Below the pieces are notes generated by a model. That model had not been told where the DNA came from. It did no database searches and was given only the letters and a program-made list of their open reading frames with translations. Both the position numbers and the translations under genes were made by a program. Below are positions 1 to 11,494 of a stretch of 64,000 bases of DNA, piece by piece. Each line of letters begins with the position of its first letter. Positions within the stretch are counted from its first letter, which is position 1. Source of the stretch: Ignavibacteriales bacterium (GTDB taxonomy: Bacteria > Bacillota > Clostridia > Acetivibrionales > UBA4821); NCBI GenBank assembly GCA_050260055.1, contig JBLNBO010000046.1, positions 1,962-65,961 of the forward strand. Direction: 5' to 3'.

Positions 1-11
1 TAATGAATAAA

Positions 12-45
12 GCGAACTACTCATGCGAGTGGTTCGTTTTTATTT
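12..45 (+). terminator. Rho-independent terminator of the gene ending just upstream of the window
   Basis: 10-bp stem CGAACTACTC / GAGTGGTTCG (one U-G pair), loop ATGC, followed by a T-run. Confidence 0.6.
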
Positions 46-182
46 ATTAATATTTTTTTATGTTTCATCAAATAACCGTCAAAAATGCGCTTAAAAAATC
101 CAAGAATAGTTCAAAATACTTATCGCATAAAGCTGATTGTGCCGGAAATACTAATATGACAATAAAGTCGGGAGATGATATT

Positions 183-2219
183 ATGACAAATACAAATAAA
201 TTGTCTCAAGAAAAATCCCCATACCTTCTTCAACATGCTCACAATCCTGTCAACTGGTATCCTTGGGGAACTGAAGCTTTTGAAAAAGCAGCCCAGGAAG
301 ACAAGCCCATTTTCCTTTCTATAGGTTATTCTACTTGTCATTGGTGTCATGTAATGGAAAGGGAATCCTTTGAAGACCAAGATGTTGCAGATATTCTTAA
401 TAACTACTACATTTCAATCAAGGTTGACCGGGAAGAGCGACCGGATATAGACCATATTTATATGAGTGTATGTCAAGCATTAACCATGAGCGGCGGCTGG
501 CCGCTTACAATAATAATGACGCCTGATAAGAAACCGTTTTTCGCAGGCACATATTTCCCTAAGTATGCCAAGATGGGTTTACTAGGATTAATCGATATAT
601 TAACAGCCATTGCAAAAGCCTGGTCAGAAAATAAGAATCTGTTGTATCAATCCGGAGAAGATATTATAAATACAATAAAATCTGCAAATCAAGATAACCG
701 TGCCTCTATGCTCTCTGAAAATGATATAAGCAATGCATTTAAAGAACTTTCAAGGACTTTCGATTCTACTTACGGCGGCTTCGGCTGCGCTCCAAAATTT
801 CCAATGCCTCATAGTCTAATGTTCCTTCTTCGTTATTGGAAAAAATATAAAGAACAGCATGCTCTGGACATTGTTGAAAAGACTTTAACCAGCATGTACA
901 ATGGCGGGATTTTTGACCATATAGGCTTTGGCTTTTCAAGATACTCAACAGATAGGCAGTGGCTGGTACCCCACTTTGAAAAAATGCTTTATGACAATTC
1001 CCTTTTAGCAATTGCTTATTTAGAAGCTTTTCAGGCAACCGGCAAGGCAATTTACCGAAATGTTGCCGAAAAGATATTTGATTATGTTTTAAGGACTATG
1101 ACCTCTCCAGAAGGCGGCTTTTACTCAGCCGAGGACGCAGATTCTGAAGGAGAAGAAGGCAAATTCTATACATGGACAAAAAGTGAAATAGAATCATTGT
1201 TAGAGCCATCTGATGCAGAACTATTCTGTAGTCATTATGACATTACTTCAGGTGGAAACTTTGAAGAAAAAAATATCCCTAATCTAATTAGAAGCAAAAA
1301 AGATATTTCTATTGAAGAGGAAAAAAGATTGAATGCTTCCCGTGAAAAGCTCTTTGATTATCGTGAAAAAAAGGTCCACCCTTATAAAGATGATAAAATT
1401 CTTACCTCATGGAACGGCCTGATGATTTCTGCATTATCATTGGGTTATAGGGTTTTAGGCAATAAAAGTTATTTGAACTCTGCCGAAAAAGCCGCTTACT
1501 TTATTATTAACAATCTTACAGATAAGAATGGCAGACTGCTGGCAAGATATCGCGACGGTGAATCTGCTTACCCAGGCTATATTGATGATTACAGCTTTTT
1601 TATATGGGGCCTGATAGAACTTTATGAAGCCTCTCATAAGCCTGAACACCTTAAATATGCAATTGACTTTAATCAGCAATTGATAGATGCTTTTTGGGAT
1701 AAAGAAGACGGTGGCTTATATATGTATGGTAGTGACAGCGAGCAATTGCTTTTAAGACCTAAGGATTCATATGACGGAAGTACCCCATCCGGGAATTCTG
1801 TAAGCACTATGAACTTTTTAAGGCTTGCAAAGCTAACAGGGAAATTTGAACTTGAGGATTTTGCAAAAAAACAATTTGAAACCTTTGGAACTATGGTAAA
1901 ATCCTCTCCTGCTTCACATACCTTCTTTTTAATGAGTTATTTATTCTCACTAACCAATGCAAAAGAAGTAGTTATTGTTGGAGAACTTCATCAAGATCAA
2001 ACAAAAAAAATGATAGAAAAAATAAATTCTTTATTCCTCCCAGATATTGTTTTCCATGTTACGCCTGGCAACGGTGAATCCCAAGACCTTGCAGAAATAG
2101 CCCCATTTTTAGCAGGCCATAAATTAATAAATGATTCGGCAACTGCCTATATATGCAAAAACTTTTCCTGTCAGGAGCCAATTACAGATTTACAATATTT
2201 CGAAGAAGCAATAAAATAA
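183..2219 (+). CDS. Thioredoxin-domain protein of the YyaL/DUF255 family (thioredoxin-like N-domain plus GlcNAc-2-epimerase-like alpha/alpha barrel)
   Basis: ORF 60..2219. Motifs [18 protein letters not shown] and [14 protein letters not shown]. The ATG at 183 has a GGGAG Shine-Dalgarno 8 nt upstream, and the ATG at 60 has none. Confidence 0.85.
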   Translation: MTNTNKLSQEKSPYLLQHAHNPVNWYPWGTEAFEKAAQEDKPIFLSIGYSTCHWCHVMERESFEDQDVADILNNYYISIKVDREERPDIDHIYMSVCQALTMSGGWPLTIIMTPDKKPFFAGTYFPKYAKMGLLGLIDILTAIAKAWSENKNLLYQSGEDIINTIKSANQDNRASMLSENDISNAFKELSRTFDSTYGGFGCAPKFPMPHSLMFLLRYWKKYKEQHALDIVEKTLTSMYNGGIFDHIGFGFSRYSTDRQWLVPHFEKMLYDNSLLAIAYLEAFQATGKAIYRNVAEKIFDYVLRTMTSPEGGFYSAEDADSEGEEGKFYTWTKSEIESLLEPSDAELFCSHYDITSGGNFEEKNIPNLIRSKKDISIEEEKRLNASREKLFDYREKKVHPYKDDKILTSWNGLMISALSLGYRVLGNKSYLNSAEKAAYFIINNLTDKNGRLLARYRDGESAYPGYIDDYSFFIWGLIELYEASHKPEHLKYAIDFNQQLIDAFWDKEDGGLYMYGSDSEQLLLRPKDSYDGSTPSGNSVSTMNFLRLAKLTGKFELEDFAKKQFETFGTMVKSSPASHTFFLMSYLFSLTNAKEVVIVGELHQDQTKKMIEKINSLFLPDIVFHVTPGNGESQDLAEIAPFLAGHKLINDSATAYICKNFSCQEPITDLQYFEEAIK

Positions 2220-2220
2220 T

Positions 2221-2273
2221 TACAAGATAAATAAATCTCCTTGCATCTGCAAGGAGATTTATTTATCTTGTAA
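2221..2273. terminator. Long bidirectional hairpin terminator between convergent genes
   Basis: Near-perfect palindrome TACAAGATAAATAAATCTCCTTGCA..TGCAAGGAGATTTATTTATCTTGTA. Confidence 0.8.
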
Positions 2274-2277
2274 TTTA

Positions 2278-3015
2278 TCAAGTATCAGCTTTTTTGCTTT
2301 TCTTTGAACCGTTCTGGGTATCAGTCGTGACAAAAACCACAGTCAAATCTCTATCCCTTGTACGTAAAAATTCTGATAATAAAATCATATCTTCCGAAGT
2401 AAATCTTTCCTTTATTTTTTTGACAACCTTTTTTTCAACTCTTGAGATATAAGCTTGTGAAGTTCCAACAATATCAGCGGTTTCTTTCTGGGTAATAATC
2501 TTGGAGTCATTAAGTCCGAATCTGTATCCAATAACAGTCCTGTACTTTTCAGATAATTTCCCAATAACCTGATTCAGCCTTTTTATAAGCTCCTGCTCAA
2601 CAATCTCACGTTCGATATCTACATCACATTTTATTGCATCAAAGAGAAATGTTTCGCTTCCGTCCGGGTGGATATAAATAGGTTCTTCAAGCGACATTTC
2701 TCCAATTTTTTTCCTGTTCTTTTTCAAGTACATTAATATTTCATTCTCAATGCACCTGGTGCTGTATGTAGATAACTTTATATTCTTTTCTACCTTAAAG
2801 GTATCCACTGCTTTAATTAACCCTATAGTACCCTCACTTACAAGGTCATCATAATCAATTCCTGTACTTAAGAATCTTTGTGCTATATAAGCTACAAGCC
2901 TTAAGTTTCCCTGAATCAACATTGCCCTAGCTTCCTTATCCCCATATTGAAGCCTTGCAATATAAGCCTCCTGCTCTTCTTCACAAAGGGCTGGCGGAAA
3001 ATAACTCCATTCCAA
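2278..3015 (-). CDS. Sigma-70 family sporulation-type sigma factor (SigE/SigK group) with no pro-sequence and a C-terminal tail
   Basis: Motifs LIQGNLRLVAYIAQRF, GTIGLIKAVDTF, STRCIENEILMYLKK and SQAYISRVEKK (region 4.2). Confidence 0.8.
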   Translation of the reverse strand: MEWSYFPPALCEEEQEAYIARLQYGDKEARAMLIQGNLRLVAYIAQRFLSTGIDYDDLVSEGTIGLIKAVDTFKVEKNIKLSTYSTRCIENEILMYLKKNRKKIGEMSLEEPIYIHPDGSETFLFDAIKCDVDIEREIVEQELIKRLNQVIGKLSEKYRTVIGYRFGLNDSKIITQKETADIVGTSQAYISRVEKKVVKKIKERFTSEDMILLSEFLRTRDRDLTVVFVTTDTQNGSKKSKKADT

Positions 3016-3484
3016 ATTTTAACACATCCTTTCACAAAAACTTCCTTATTTCTAACATCAAAACTGTCATAAAATAATCAGACAGTATTGTTAATCATCC
3101 ATAACTTAAATTTATATGTTATTTAAAGCCTTTCATATTTATCCACATTTTAACTATTATTATATATATTGTCAATTTATACATAGAAAAGCTTAGTATC
3201 CTAAAACACTAGGATTATTTATTTAACTTTAACCTTACCTTTCTTTTTGTTAAATAAGCTTTTATATCGGCAATGCCTTTAATTTTGTTTTTATATGGTT
3301 CTTAGCTGCCATCTTTCGCTCTTTATTCTTAGTAAGCACTTCTTATAGAGTATTTATAATACAATGATTATCTTTGCTGAGTTCTCATTATTAAAGCTCA
3401 TAATGGTTATAGTAAAATCTGTACAACTATAGTATATTAATATTTGAATAAAATACTTGGATAGTTTAATGGTGGAGAATACTA

Positions 3485-4252
3485 ATGCTTAATGAATTTT
3501 CAAGAACTGAATTATTGATAGGTAAAGAATCGCTAAAAAAACTTGCAAACAGCAAAGTTGCAGTTTTTGGAATTGGCGGAGTAGGAACCTTTGTCGTTGA
3601 AGGATTGATTAGAGCCGGCCTTGGCAAAATCGTCCTTATTGATGATGATTGTATCTGCCTTACTAATATCAATAGACAACTTCATGCTACTAAAAGTTCT
3701 GTAGGTAAGCCTAAAGTTGAAGTAATGAAAGAACGGATTCTTGATATAAATCCAAAAGTTGAAGTCACTACGCACCAAGTATTCTATATGCCAGAAACAT
3801 CTGAAACCTTAATATGCAAAGACTATGACTATATTGTAGATGCTATAGACACCGTAACCGGAAAGATTGACCTAGTGGTCAAATCAAGGGAAAACAATAT
3901 CCCAATTATCAGCTGTATGGGCGCAGGAAATAAACTTGATCCTACAAAATTCGAGGTTAGTGATATTTATAAAACATCGGTATGTCCGCTTGCCAAGGTT
4001 ATGAGGCAAGAATTGCGCAAACGTGGAATCGACTCATTAAAAGTTGTCTATTCTAAAGAAACTCCTATCAAACCATTTGAAGATAGTTCTTCAAGCTGTT
4101 CTGCCAACTGCATTTGTCCAAAAGGTACAACTCGAAAATGCACTGTACGCCATCAGATTCCTGGGAGCATTTCGTTTGTCCCATCTGTTGCAGGGCTGAT
4201 TATTGCCGGAGAAGTAGTAAAAGATTTAATCAAATTGCCCTCTACTACTTGA
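3485..4252 (+). CDS. tcdA: tRNA threonylcarbamoyladenosine dehydratase (ThiF/MoeB-like E1 fold)
   Basis: VAVFGIGGVGTFVVEGLIRAGLGKIVLIDDDCICLTNINRQ. Length is about 255 aa. GGTGGAG Shine-Dalgarno upstream. Confidence 0.85.
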   Translation: MLNEFSRTELLIGKESLKKLANSKVAVFGIGGVGTFVVEGLIRAGLGKIVLIDDDCICLTNINRQLHATKSSVGKPKVEVMKERILDINPKVEVTTHQVFYMPETSETLICKDYDYIVDAIDTVTGKIDLVVKSRENNIPIISCMGAGNKLDPTKFEVSDIYKTSVCPLAKVMRQELRKRGIDSLKVVYSKETPIKPFEDSSSSCSANCICPKGTTRKCTVRHQIPGSISFVPSVAGLIIAGEVVKDLIKLPSTT

Positions 4253-4273
4253 TTCTATTAAAAGATATCTCTA

Positions 4274-4310
4274 AAAATAAGACCAGCGTTTAACACAGGT
4301 CTTATTTTTT
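4274..4310 (+). terminator. Rho-independent terminator after tcdA
   Basis: AAAATAAGACC / GGTCTTATTTT stem followed by a T-run. Confidence 0.8.
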
Positions 4311-4487
4311 AGATTTCAATACTTTTTTAGCTCTTGATTCTTTTGCATACTCGTATTACAATATCTTACGTATGTTTAATTGTATCTATAGGATGAACTT
4401 TCATTTGGTTCAGCAAAGTATCGGAATTTTTGTTCCAACTTAGTGCAGATTTAAAATGGACGTATTAAGAAAAAGGAGGTCGTTTGT

Positions 4488-5168
4488 ATGAAAAGCAGTA
4501 TATTGAATTCTCTGTTTGTGACTTTACTGATTGCTGTTCTTGTTACCACCGGATGTACATCTTCAAGAGCTGAGGTTCTTACTACACCCATGGAACAACC
4601 ACCAGCAGTACAAGAACCGGTTTCAACACCGCCGGCAGCACTTCAAGTAACCGAAGTCCCCTATTCCTCAGCGGAAATATTTTTTGAGTATTCAAAAAAT
4701 ACCGACAATGCGGTTATTGGTATGCAGTATTTAAATGGCACTGTAGATGACGCAAATCTCCCTGTTGGCAGCTCTACCCCTATAAGCGGCCCTGTAAATG
4801 GTATTATTCTTCAACCCGGTGAAATATTTTCCTATAATCAGGTGATCGGAGAAAGAACTCTTGCCAGGTATTTTGTCTGGGGCAAAGATATCAATAATAA
4901 GAATACGGTAGGAGGCGGAGTTTGCCGCTTGGCAACAGTGATTTATCAGGCTGCAAGGTATGGAGGCTTTAAAATTATTGAAAGATGGCCACATTCAAAA
5001 CCTGTACATTACGCCAAAAGAGGCTGGGATGCAACAGTTCAGTATGGCGCTTTGGATTTTAAATTTCAAAACACCGGCTGCTACCCTATTAAAATCTATG
5101 GGACCTCTACCCCACAAAAAAACGGAGTACTCGTAAAAATAAATATTGTTTGCTTAGTAAGTGAATAA
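4488..5168 (+). CDS. VanW family lipoprotein
   Basis: Lipobox LVTTGC. VanW motifs PGEIFSYNQVIGERT, GGGVCRLATVIYQAA and DATVQYGALDFKFQN. Confidence 0.8.
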   Translation: MKSSILNSLFVTLLIAVLVTTGCTSSRAEVLTTPMEQPPAVQEPVSTPPAALQVTEVPYSSAEIFFEYSKNTDNAVIGMQYLNGTVDDANLPVGSSTPISGPVNGIILQPGEIFSYNQVIGERTLARYFVWGKDINNKNTVGGGVCRLATVIYQAARYGGFKIIERWPHSKPVHYAKRGWDATVQYGALDFKFQNTGCYPIKIYGTSTPQKNGVLVKINIVCLVSE

Positions 5169-5176
5169 TTCAAAGA

Positions 5177-5211
5177 AAACAGGCTAGGTTAATTAATCCA
5201 GCCTGTTTTTT
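5177..5211 (+). terminator. Rho-independent terminator after the VanW gene
   Basis: AAAACAGGCT / AGCCTGTTTT stem followed by a T-run. Confidence 0.75.
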
Positions 5212-5298
5212 ATCCATTTTTTCCCTTCATTTTTTGTGTACACTTTATTACCCCTTATGGTATAATCTAAGAAAATATCACCCAAGGGGTTGACTAAT

Positions 5299-7611
5299 AT
5301 GCTTTGTTCAATATGCAAAGAAAATATTGCAGTTGTCTTTGTGACGAAAATAGTAGATGGAAAGCAGACTCAGGAAGGTCTGTGCCTTACCTGTGCAAAA
5401 AAGCAGGGAATTCAGCCAATTAATCAGTTTCTTGACCAGGTTGGCCTTTCAGAAGAAGATTTAGATGACTTAAATAAGCAAGTTGGAAATATAGTTGAAA
5501 ACATGGATATAATTAATCAAGAAAATAAAACTGAGCCAACGCAAAATCCTGATAATAATCTTTTTGGCTTTTTAAGCAGATTTTTCCCAAAAGACGCTAA
5601 TCCTCTGGCTGAACAGCCAGATGTGCCGCCTATTGAAATATTTTCACAGCAAGATAAGGAAAAGACTACAAAAGTAAAAACCCAAGAGAAAAAAGCGCCA
5701 AAAAAGAAAAAATTTCTTGATGTTTATGGAACAAATCTTATAGAGCAGGCTAGAGAAAGCAAGATTGATAGAATAATCGGACGTGAAAAAGAAATAGAAA
5801 GAGTCATTCAAATATTAAACAGGAGAACAAAAAATAATCCTGTTCTTATTGGCGAGCCGGGAGTAGGTAAAACTGCAATTGCCGAAGGCCTTGCAATGCG
5901 TATCCTTAACAAGCAGGTTCCGGTTAAGCTTTTCAATCATGAAGTCTACCTGCTCGATATGACATCCCTTATTGCAGGAACACAATTCAGAGGACAGTTT
6001 GAAGGCAGAATGAAAAGTATCATTGAAGAAGCTAAAACACTCGGTAATATAATTTTGGTTATAGATGAACTTCACAATATAATGGGCGCCGGAGAAGCCG
6101 AGGGAGCTATGAACGCTGCCAATATACTGAAACCTGCTCTATCCAGGGGCGAAATCCAGGTTATTGGTGCAACAACCCTTAAAGAATATAGAAAGCACAT
6201 TGAGAAAGATTCGGCACTCGAGAGAAGATTTCAACCTGTCTTGGTTGAAGAATCCTCAATAGAGGAAACAATAGAAATCCTTCGCGGGATAAAAGATTAT
6301 TATGAAGATTACCACAAGATTAAAATTAGTGATGAAGTAATCAAGTCCGCAGCAGTATTATCAGAAAGATATATTACAGATAGGTTCCTTCCCGATAAGG
6401 CTATTGACATGATAGATGAAGCAGGCTCAAGAGCTAATTTGAGAAATACCCTCTTAGCAAGGCTTGAGCTTGTAAAGCAGGAGCTTAAAAAGGTTCAAGA
6501 GGATAAAGAATATGCAATTTCAGCCGACTCAATAGAAGATTACCAAAAAGCCGCTGATTTAAAAACCTTGGAATGTAAATTAACAACAGAAATAAAAGAA
6601 TTGGAAAACAAGCAGCAGGATATCGAGCTTACAATTGATGATGTAGCCTCTATTATAGAATCTTGGACCGGAATACCTGTACAAAGAATCAAAGAGGTAG
6701 AAACAGAAAAACTGCTAAACCTTGAAGAACGTCTAAAGCAAAGAATTATTGGCCAAGAACATGCACTTTCAAGTATTGCAAGTGCAATTAGACGCAACAG
6801 AACCGGCCTTAAGAATAAAAAACGCCCATCATCATTTATATTTGTCGGTCCTACTGGAGTTGGTAAAACCGAGCTTGCAAGAGCACTTTCTTGTGAACTA
6901 TTCGGAAATGAAGATGCAATGATAAGACTTGATATGTCAGAATATATGGAGAAGCACTCAGTCTCTAAGATTATTGGTTCACCTCCCGGTTATGTTGGCT
7001 TTGATGAAGCAGGGCAGCTTACAGAAAAAATCAGAAGAAAGCCCTACTCAGTTGTTTTATTTGACGAAATTGAAAAGGCACATGCAGATGTGTTTAATAT
7101 GCTCTTGCAGATACTGGATGATGGAAGACTTACAGACAGCCATGGAAGAGTAGTTAGCTTTGAAAATGCAATAATCATAATGACATCAAATGCCGGTTCA
7201 AATTTAAATATGAATTCAATGGGTTTTGGAAAAGAAGATTCATTTGAACTCGAAAACAGAATAAAATCTGTGCTTAAGGACACTTTCCGCCCTGAATTTT
7301 TAAATAGGCTGGATGAGATTATCGTATTTAAAGAGCTAGAAAACAAAGATTTAATTCAAATTATTGACTTGATGCTAAAAGAAGTTTCAGAGGAACTGGC
7401 TCACCGCAATATTACTCTTAACGTTACAAAAGAAGCAAAACAATTCATAGTTGATAAAAACTTTGATAAGAAGTATGGGGCAAGACCTCTTAGACGTGCA
7501 ATACAGAAAATGATTGAAAATAATATTTCAGACCTGCTTTTGAAAAACAAGTATAAAGATGGCTGCAAAATTAAGATTGATTTAAAAAACGGCGAACTAA
7601 AATTTAATTAA
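5299..7611 (+). CDS. clpE: Clp/Hsp100 AAA+ ATPase of ClpE type (N-terminal zinc ribbon, two AAA modules, UVR-like linker)
   Basis: N-terminus [18 protein letters not shown]. Walker A motifs GEPGVGKTA and GPTGVGKTE. Also ARPLRRAIQ. The ATG at 5299 follows an AAGGGG Shine-Dalgarno. Confidence 0.85.
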   Translation: MLCSICKENIAVVFVTKIVDGKQTQEGLCLTCAKKQGIQPINQFLDQVGLSEEDLDDLNKQVGNIVENMDIINQENKTEPTQNPDNNLFGFLSRFFPKDANPLAEQPDVPPIEIFSQQDKEKTTKVKTQEKKAPKKKKFLDVYGTNLIEQARESKIDRIIGREKEIERVIQILNRRTKNNPVLIGEPGVGKTAIAEGLAMRILNKQVPVKLFNHEVYLLDMTSLIAGTQFRGQFEGRMKSIIEEAKTLGNIILVIDELHNIMGAGEAEGAMNAANILKPALSRGEIQVIGATTLKEYRKHIEKDSALERRFQPVLVEESSIEETIEILRGIKDYYEDYHKIKISDEVIKSAAVLSERYITDRFLPDKAIDMIDEAGSRANLRNTLLARLELVKQELKKVQEDKEYAISADSIEDYQKAADLKTLECKLTTEIKELENKQQDIELTIDDVASIIESWTGIPVQRIKEVETEKLLNLEERLKQRIIGQEHALSSIASAIRRNRTGLKNKKRPSSFIFVGPTGVGKTELARALSCELFGNEDAMIRLDMSEYMEKHSVSKIIGSPPGYVGFDEAGQLTEKIRRKPYSVVLFDEIEKAHADVFNMLLQILDDGRLTDSHGRVVSFENAIIIMTSNAGSNLNMNSMGFGKEDSFELENRIKSVLKDTFRPEFLNRLDEIIVFKELENKDLIQIIDLMLKEVSEELAHRNITLNVTKEAKQFIVDKNFDKKYGARPLRRAIQKMIENNISDLLLKNKYKDGCKIKIDLKNGELKFN

Positions 7612-7710
7612 TTTAATTGGGCGAGCTATAGTCTCGCTCATACATAAACTAAACATTTTGCTTTTTGACTTTAATTCACAGATTTCTTACAATATTTTAG
7701 GGGGTGTATA

Positions 7711-8139
7711 ATGAAACTTACCTACGAATTACTCGATGCTACAGAAGCTGACCTCGATATGATAATACAAGCAGAAAAAGAAATTCTTGATCTTGAAAAC
7801 AGACATGCTGAAATAAACATTAAAAACATCCAAGAAGCAATAAAAAACAAGGAAATAAAAATTGTTGCAAATAAAGACGAAAAGCTTGGGTTTTTTTGGG
7901 CAAAACTGAATTTCTCTATTTCATATTTTGAGAGTGTTTTTTATGTACAGCTTACATACTTGAAAAAGCAATATCGTAAATTCTTCTACCCCTTTGTTCT
8001 TGAAGCAATAAAGGATTATGCAAAAGCAAATGGCTACAATGAAATATTCGGCGACGTATTCCACTCAAATATAGATTCCCTAAAGATGCACGGCAAGCTG
8101 GCCGAACCTGTATATACAGTTTTTAGAGCAACCATATGA
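7711..8139 (+). CDS. Small GNAT-like acetyltransferase (weak assignment)
   Basis: 142 aa. The C-terminal half resembles a GNAT core (YRKFFYPFVLEAIKDYAKANGYNEIFGDV). GGGGGTG Shine-Dalgarno. Confidence 0.4.
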   Translation: MKLTYELLDATEADLDMIIQAEKEILDLENRHAEINIKNIQEAIKNKEIKIVANKDEKLGFFWAKLNFSISYFESVFYVQLTYLKKQYRKFFYPFVLEAIKDYAKANGYNEIFGDVFHSNIDSLKMHGKLAEPVYTVFRATI

Positions 8140-8167
8140 GAAAAGACCTCCTGCGAGGTCTTTTTTA
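8139..8167. terminator. Bidirectional terminator between the GNAT-like gene and proA
   Basis: AAAAGACCTC ctgc GAGGTCTTTT. Confidence 0.8.
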
Positions 8168-8177
8168 TTTTCTTTAT

Positions 8178-9425
8178 TCATCTTATTTGCCCATTACCAT
8201 TAATAACATACTTTAATGTAGTAAGCTCTTTAAGCCCTATAGGCCCTCGTGCATGCAGCTTCTGGGTGCTTATTCCTATTTCCGCTCCGAAACCAAACTC
8301 AAACCCATCAGTAAATCTTGTTGATGCATTAACATAAACTGCTGCCGCATCAACCTCATTCTGAAACTTGCTTGCATTAAAGGCATCAGACGTTATAATA
8401 GCTTCTGAATGCCTTGTTCCATAATGATTGATATGTTCTATAGCTTCCTCAATATCTTTTACAACTTTTATCGCAATTATCAAATCCAGAAATTCTGTAT
8501 AATAATCATCTTCAGTCGCAGGCTTAACATCTAATAAAATTGCACATGTTTTTTCACATCCTCTGATTTCTACCTTTTTATCAGCCAGGCTCTTATAAAT
8601 CCGAGGCAGAAAACTATCTGCAATTTGCTGTTCAATCAGCAGAGTTTCTATTGCGTTGCATACACCAGGCCTGCTGGTTTTAGCATTGATTATAATTTTC
8701 TCTGCCATATCAAAATCAGCAAATCTATCTACAAAAACATGACAATTTCCTGTTCCTGTTTCTATTACCGGTACAGTAGCATTTTGAACCACTGTTTGAA
8801 TAAGGCCTGCTCCGCCCCTTGGAATCAACACATCAATATATTTATTTAATTTCATCATTTTAGCAGCAGTATCTCTATTAGTATCTTCTACAAGCTGAAT
8901 GCACCCGTTCGGTAATCTTGTCTTTTCAATTGCCTCATTAAGGACTTTTACAATAGCTTTGTTAGATAGTAATGCTTCGCTTCCTCCTCTTAAGATTACG
9001 GCATTGCCAGCTTTAATGCATAATCCCGCTGAATCCACAGTAACATTAGGCCTGGATTCATAAATCATCCCTATTACACCTATCGGAACTCTTTGCTGCG
9101 CAATTACTATTCCATTAGGCCTTTCCCATTTTGAAGCTATTTCTCCCACAGGATCTTCAAGTTCCTTAATCTGTTGAAGGCCTTGCGCCATAGCATCAAT
9201 TCTATCCTTATTAAGCATAAGTCTATCAACAAGCGAAGGTTTCATTCCGTTTTTCGATGCATTTTCTACATCAATAATATTCGCTGAAATTATCTCGCCA
9301 GCATTTATAATCAACTCTTCAGCCATTATTTCCAAAGCATAATCTTTCTCTTTGGTGTTTAAAACAGCTAATTTTCTAGACGCCTGTTTTGCATGCTCTC
9401 CTTTAATTATTAATTCTTCCATCAT
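8178..9425 (-). CDS. proA: Glutamate-5-semialdehyde dehydrogenase (gamma-glutamyl phosphate reductase)
   Basis: 415 aa. [50 protein letters not shown]. Confidence 0.95.
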   Translation of the reverse strand: MMEELIIKGEHAKQASRKLAVLNTKEKDYALEIMAEELIINAGEIISANIIDVENASKNGMKPSLVDRLMLNKDRIDAMAQGLQQIKELEDPVGEIASKWERPNGIVIAQQRVPIGVIGMIYESRPNVTVDSAGLCIKAGNAVILRGGSEALLSNKAIVKVLNEAIEKTRLPNGCIQLVEDTNRDTAAKMMKLNKYIDVLIPRGGAGLIQTVVQNATVPVIETGTGNCHVFVDRFADFDMAEKIIINAKTSRPGVCNAIETLLIEQQIADSFLPRIYKSLADKKVEIRGCEKTCAILLDVKPATEDDYYTEFLDLIIAIKVVKDIEEAIEHINHYGTRHSEAIITSDAFNASKFQNEVDAAAVYVNASTRFTDGFEFGFGAEIGISTQKLHARGPIGLKELTTLKYVINGNGQIR

Positions 9426-9502
9426 TTCACCTCCAACATTCCAAGTATTTTAAGCTTTATTTAAGAAAAGAGACAAAATAATTGTTGAGCAAAATTTTTA
9501 AA

Positions 9503-10681
9503 TTATTTTTTTACTGTTCTTCTGTTTCCAAACAGGATTGGCGCCGCAGGCGTTTTATTTATAAGCTTGACTGCAAGCCACGAACCCGCAAGCGTCACGA
9601 CAAATGTAATACAAATCATTGTTGAATAAACAATCATGTTTGAACCACTTGCTCCAAGTATGTTTAATCTATGCATGGTCTTTAATATTAATAAATGTAA
9701 GAGAAAGATTCCGAAAGAACATGCTCCCAAATCAGCAAGGCTCTTCTTCAGCCATCCATTCCAATTGTTTGCAATATATAAGGATATTTCAAAGAAAATT
9801 AAGCTTGCACAAGTAACGTAAACATTACGTATAATAGCAATAATATTAGCGTCTGGCTGTCCAAGATACCAATTATTTATTGAAACATTTACAAAAAGCC
9901 ATCCAAAAATTACTGCTAAAGGATAAGTTATTACCCTTACAATTCCAACATATTTACACCAATTATCGTAATTATAGCCAATCCATAACCCTATACCGAT
10001 AGGCATAATATATGAAGGTAAAATCGAGCCAGGATACTTGAAATATGGATAGATATAATACTTATTCAATACAATAAATCCGAATTGGCACGCGGTAATC
10101 ATAAGAAAATACAAGCTGAAATTCATAATCCTTACACGAAGCAATTCCTTCTTCTGTTGGTCTTTGAACAAACTGTTATACATCTTTATAAAATAATTAA
10201 ATACCATGATTATTAATGGAAACACAATATAAAATTGTACAATAACCGATAAGAAATAAAGATGGAAATAACCTTTTCCAAGTAGCAAGGTTTTAATAGT
10301 AAATTTTGCATCATCACCTAATCCTGGTGTTGCTAGAAAGCTGAAGTGTTCATTATATACAAATGTTCTGTATAAAAGATATATTACCGTCCATACCAAA
10401 TAAGGAATAATTATTTGGGTCAATCTGCTCTTATAAAACTTTATCCAGTTGATGTTTTCCTCTTTAGAATACTTAAATGCAAGAACCAGCGCACTGATAA
10501 ATAAAAACATCGGAACTGCAAATGCAAGTGTATAGTTTATTGAAATAAAGAAATAGTATGTAAATGATTTTGGCCATAATAACGAGGTAGGCCCGGTTGA
10601 ATGAATAGCTAAAACCGCTAGTATTCCAAAGGCTCTCATAATATCAACTTCTTCAAGCCATCTCTTCTTCTGCGTACTCAT
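9503..10681 (-). CDS. Integral-membrane acyltransferase family 3 protein
   Basis: 392 aa with about 10 TM helices. N-terminal motif EEVDIMRAFGILAVLAIHST is typical of Acyl_transf_3. It starts 6 nt after the proB stop. Confidence 0.75.
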   Translation of the reverse strand: MSTQKKRWLEEVDIMRAFGILAVLAIHSTGPTSLLWPKSFTYYFFISINYTLAFAVPMFLFISALVLAFKYSKEENINWIKFYKSRLTQIIIPYLVWTVIYLLYRTFVYNEHFSFLATPGLGDDAKFTIKTLLLGKGYFHLYFLSVIVQFYIVFPLIIMVFNYFIKMYNSLFKDQQKKELLRVRIMNFSLYFLMITACQFGFIVLNKYYIYPYFKYPGSILPSYIMPIGIGLWIGYNYDNWCKYVGIVRVITYPLAVIFGWLFVNVSINNWYLGQPDANIIAIIRNVYVTCASLIFFEISLYIANNWNGWLKKSLADLGACSFGIFLLHLLILKTMHRLNILGASGSNMIVYSTMICITFVVTLAGSWLAVKLINKTPAAPILFGNRRTVKK

Positions 10682-10687
10682 ATTGAA

Positions 10688-11494
10688 TTATTTTTTCTCC
10701 TTTCTTGAAACAAACAGCGTTCCTATCTCGTCTCCGTCAATTATTCTTCTGATTACAAAAGGATCTGCCCCATTAGCAATAACCATATTGGTTCCTGCTT
10801 TAGCCGCAATTTTTGCAGCAGCTATTTTTGTAAGCATTCCCCCGGTCCCACGTGTTGTTCCTTTTTCACCCGCAGCCTTTTCAATAACCTCATCAATAAC
10901 TTCAACAAATGGTATAAGCTTTGCATTTTCATTTTCTCTAGGGTTTTTGTCGTACAACCCCTCTATATCTGAAAGTATTATTAAAAGTTCTGCACCTATA
11001 AGCTCTGATACAATGGCCGAAAGAGTATCATTGTCTCCAAACTCAATTTCTTCTGTAGCAATAGAATCATTCTCATTTACTATTGGAATCGCATTATAGT
11101 TCAATAATGTATCGAAGGTATTAATTACATTTCTCTTCCTTTTGCTGTCGCTAACATCTTCACGGGTTAAAAGGATTTGCCCAGTATGATAACCAAATTC
11201 TGCAAAAAGCTTATCATAAATATGCATAAGCTCGCACTGACCTATTGCAGCACTCGCCTGCTTTTCACTCATCTTTTCAGGCTTCTTTTTTAATCCAAGC
11301 TTTACACTTCCTACACCAATAGCTCCTGATGTAACTAGAATCACTCTCTTCCCTTGATTCTTCAAATCGGATATTACTAAAGCCAATTTTTCAAGAATGC
11401 CAAGGTTTAGCCTTCCGGTATCATATGTAATTGATGAGGTTCCAACTTTAATTACTATTGTTTCAGCTTTACTCAGAACTTTCCGATAATCCAT
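10688..11494 (-). CDS. proB: Glutamate 5-kinase (short form without PUA domain)
   Basis: 268 aa. IVIKVGTSSIT, ILVTSGAIG, ENDSIATEEIEFGDNDTLSA, GTGGMLTKIAAA. Confidence 0.95.
   Translation of the reverse strand: MDYRKVLSKAETIVIKVGTSSITYDTGRLNLGILEKLALVISDLKNQGKRVILVTSGAIGVGSVKLGLKKKPEKMSEKQASAAIGQCELMHIYDKLFAEFGYHTGQILLTREDVSDSKRKRNVINTFDTLLNYNAIPIVNENDSIATEEIEFGDNDTLSAIVSELIGAELLIILSDIEGLYDKNPRENENAKLIPFVEVIDEVIEKAAGEKGTTRGTGGMLTKIAAAKIAAKAGTNMVIANGADPFVIRRIIDGDEIGTLFVSRKEKK

Noticed and set aside
60-182. Upstream start for the YyaL-like gene at nt 60
   Set aside because: There is no Shine-Dalgarno, and the encoded 41 residues are not part of the conserved DUF255 N-terminus. The ATG at 183 has a GGGAG Shine-Dalgarno.
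10683-11099. 138-aa plus-strand ORF antisense to proB
   Set aside because: It lies entirely inside the well-supported proB gene on the other strand. Its product is a low-complexity Ser/Ile/Ala-rich sequence typical of antisense frames.
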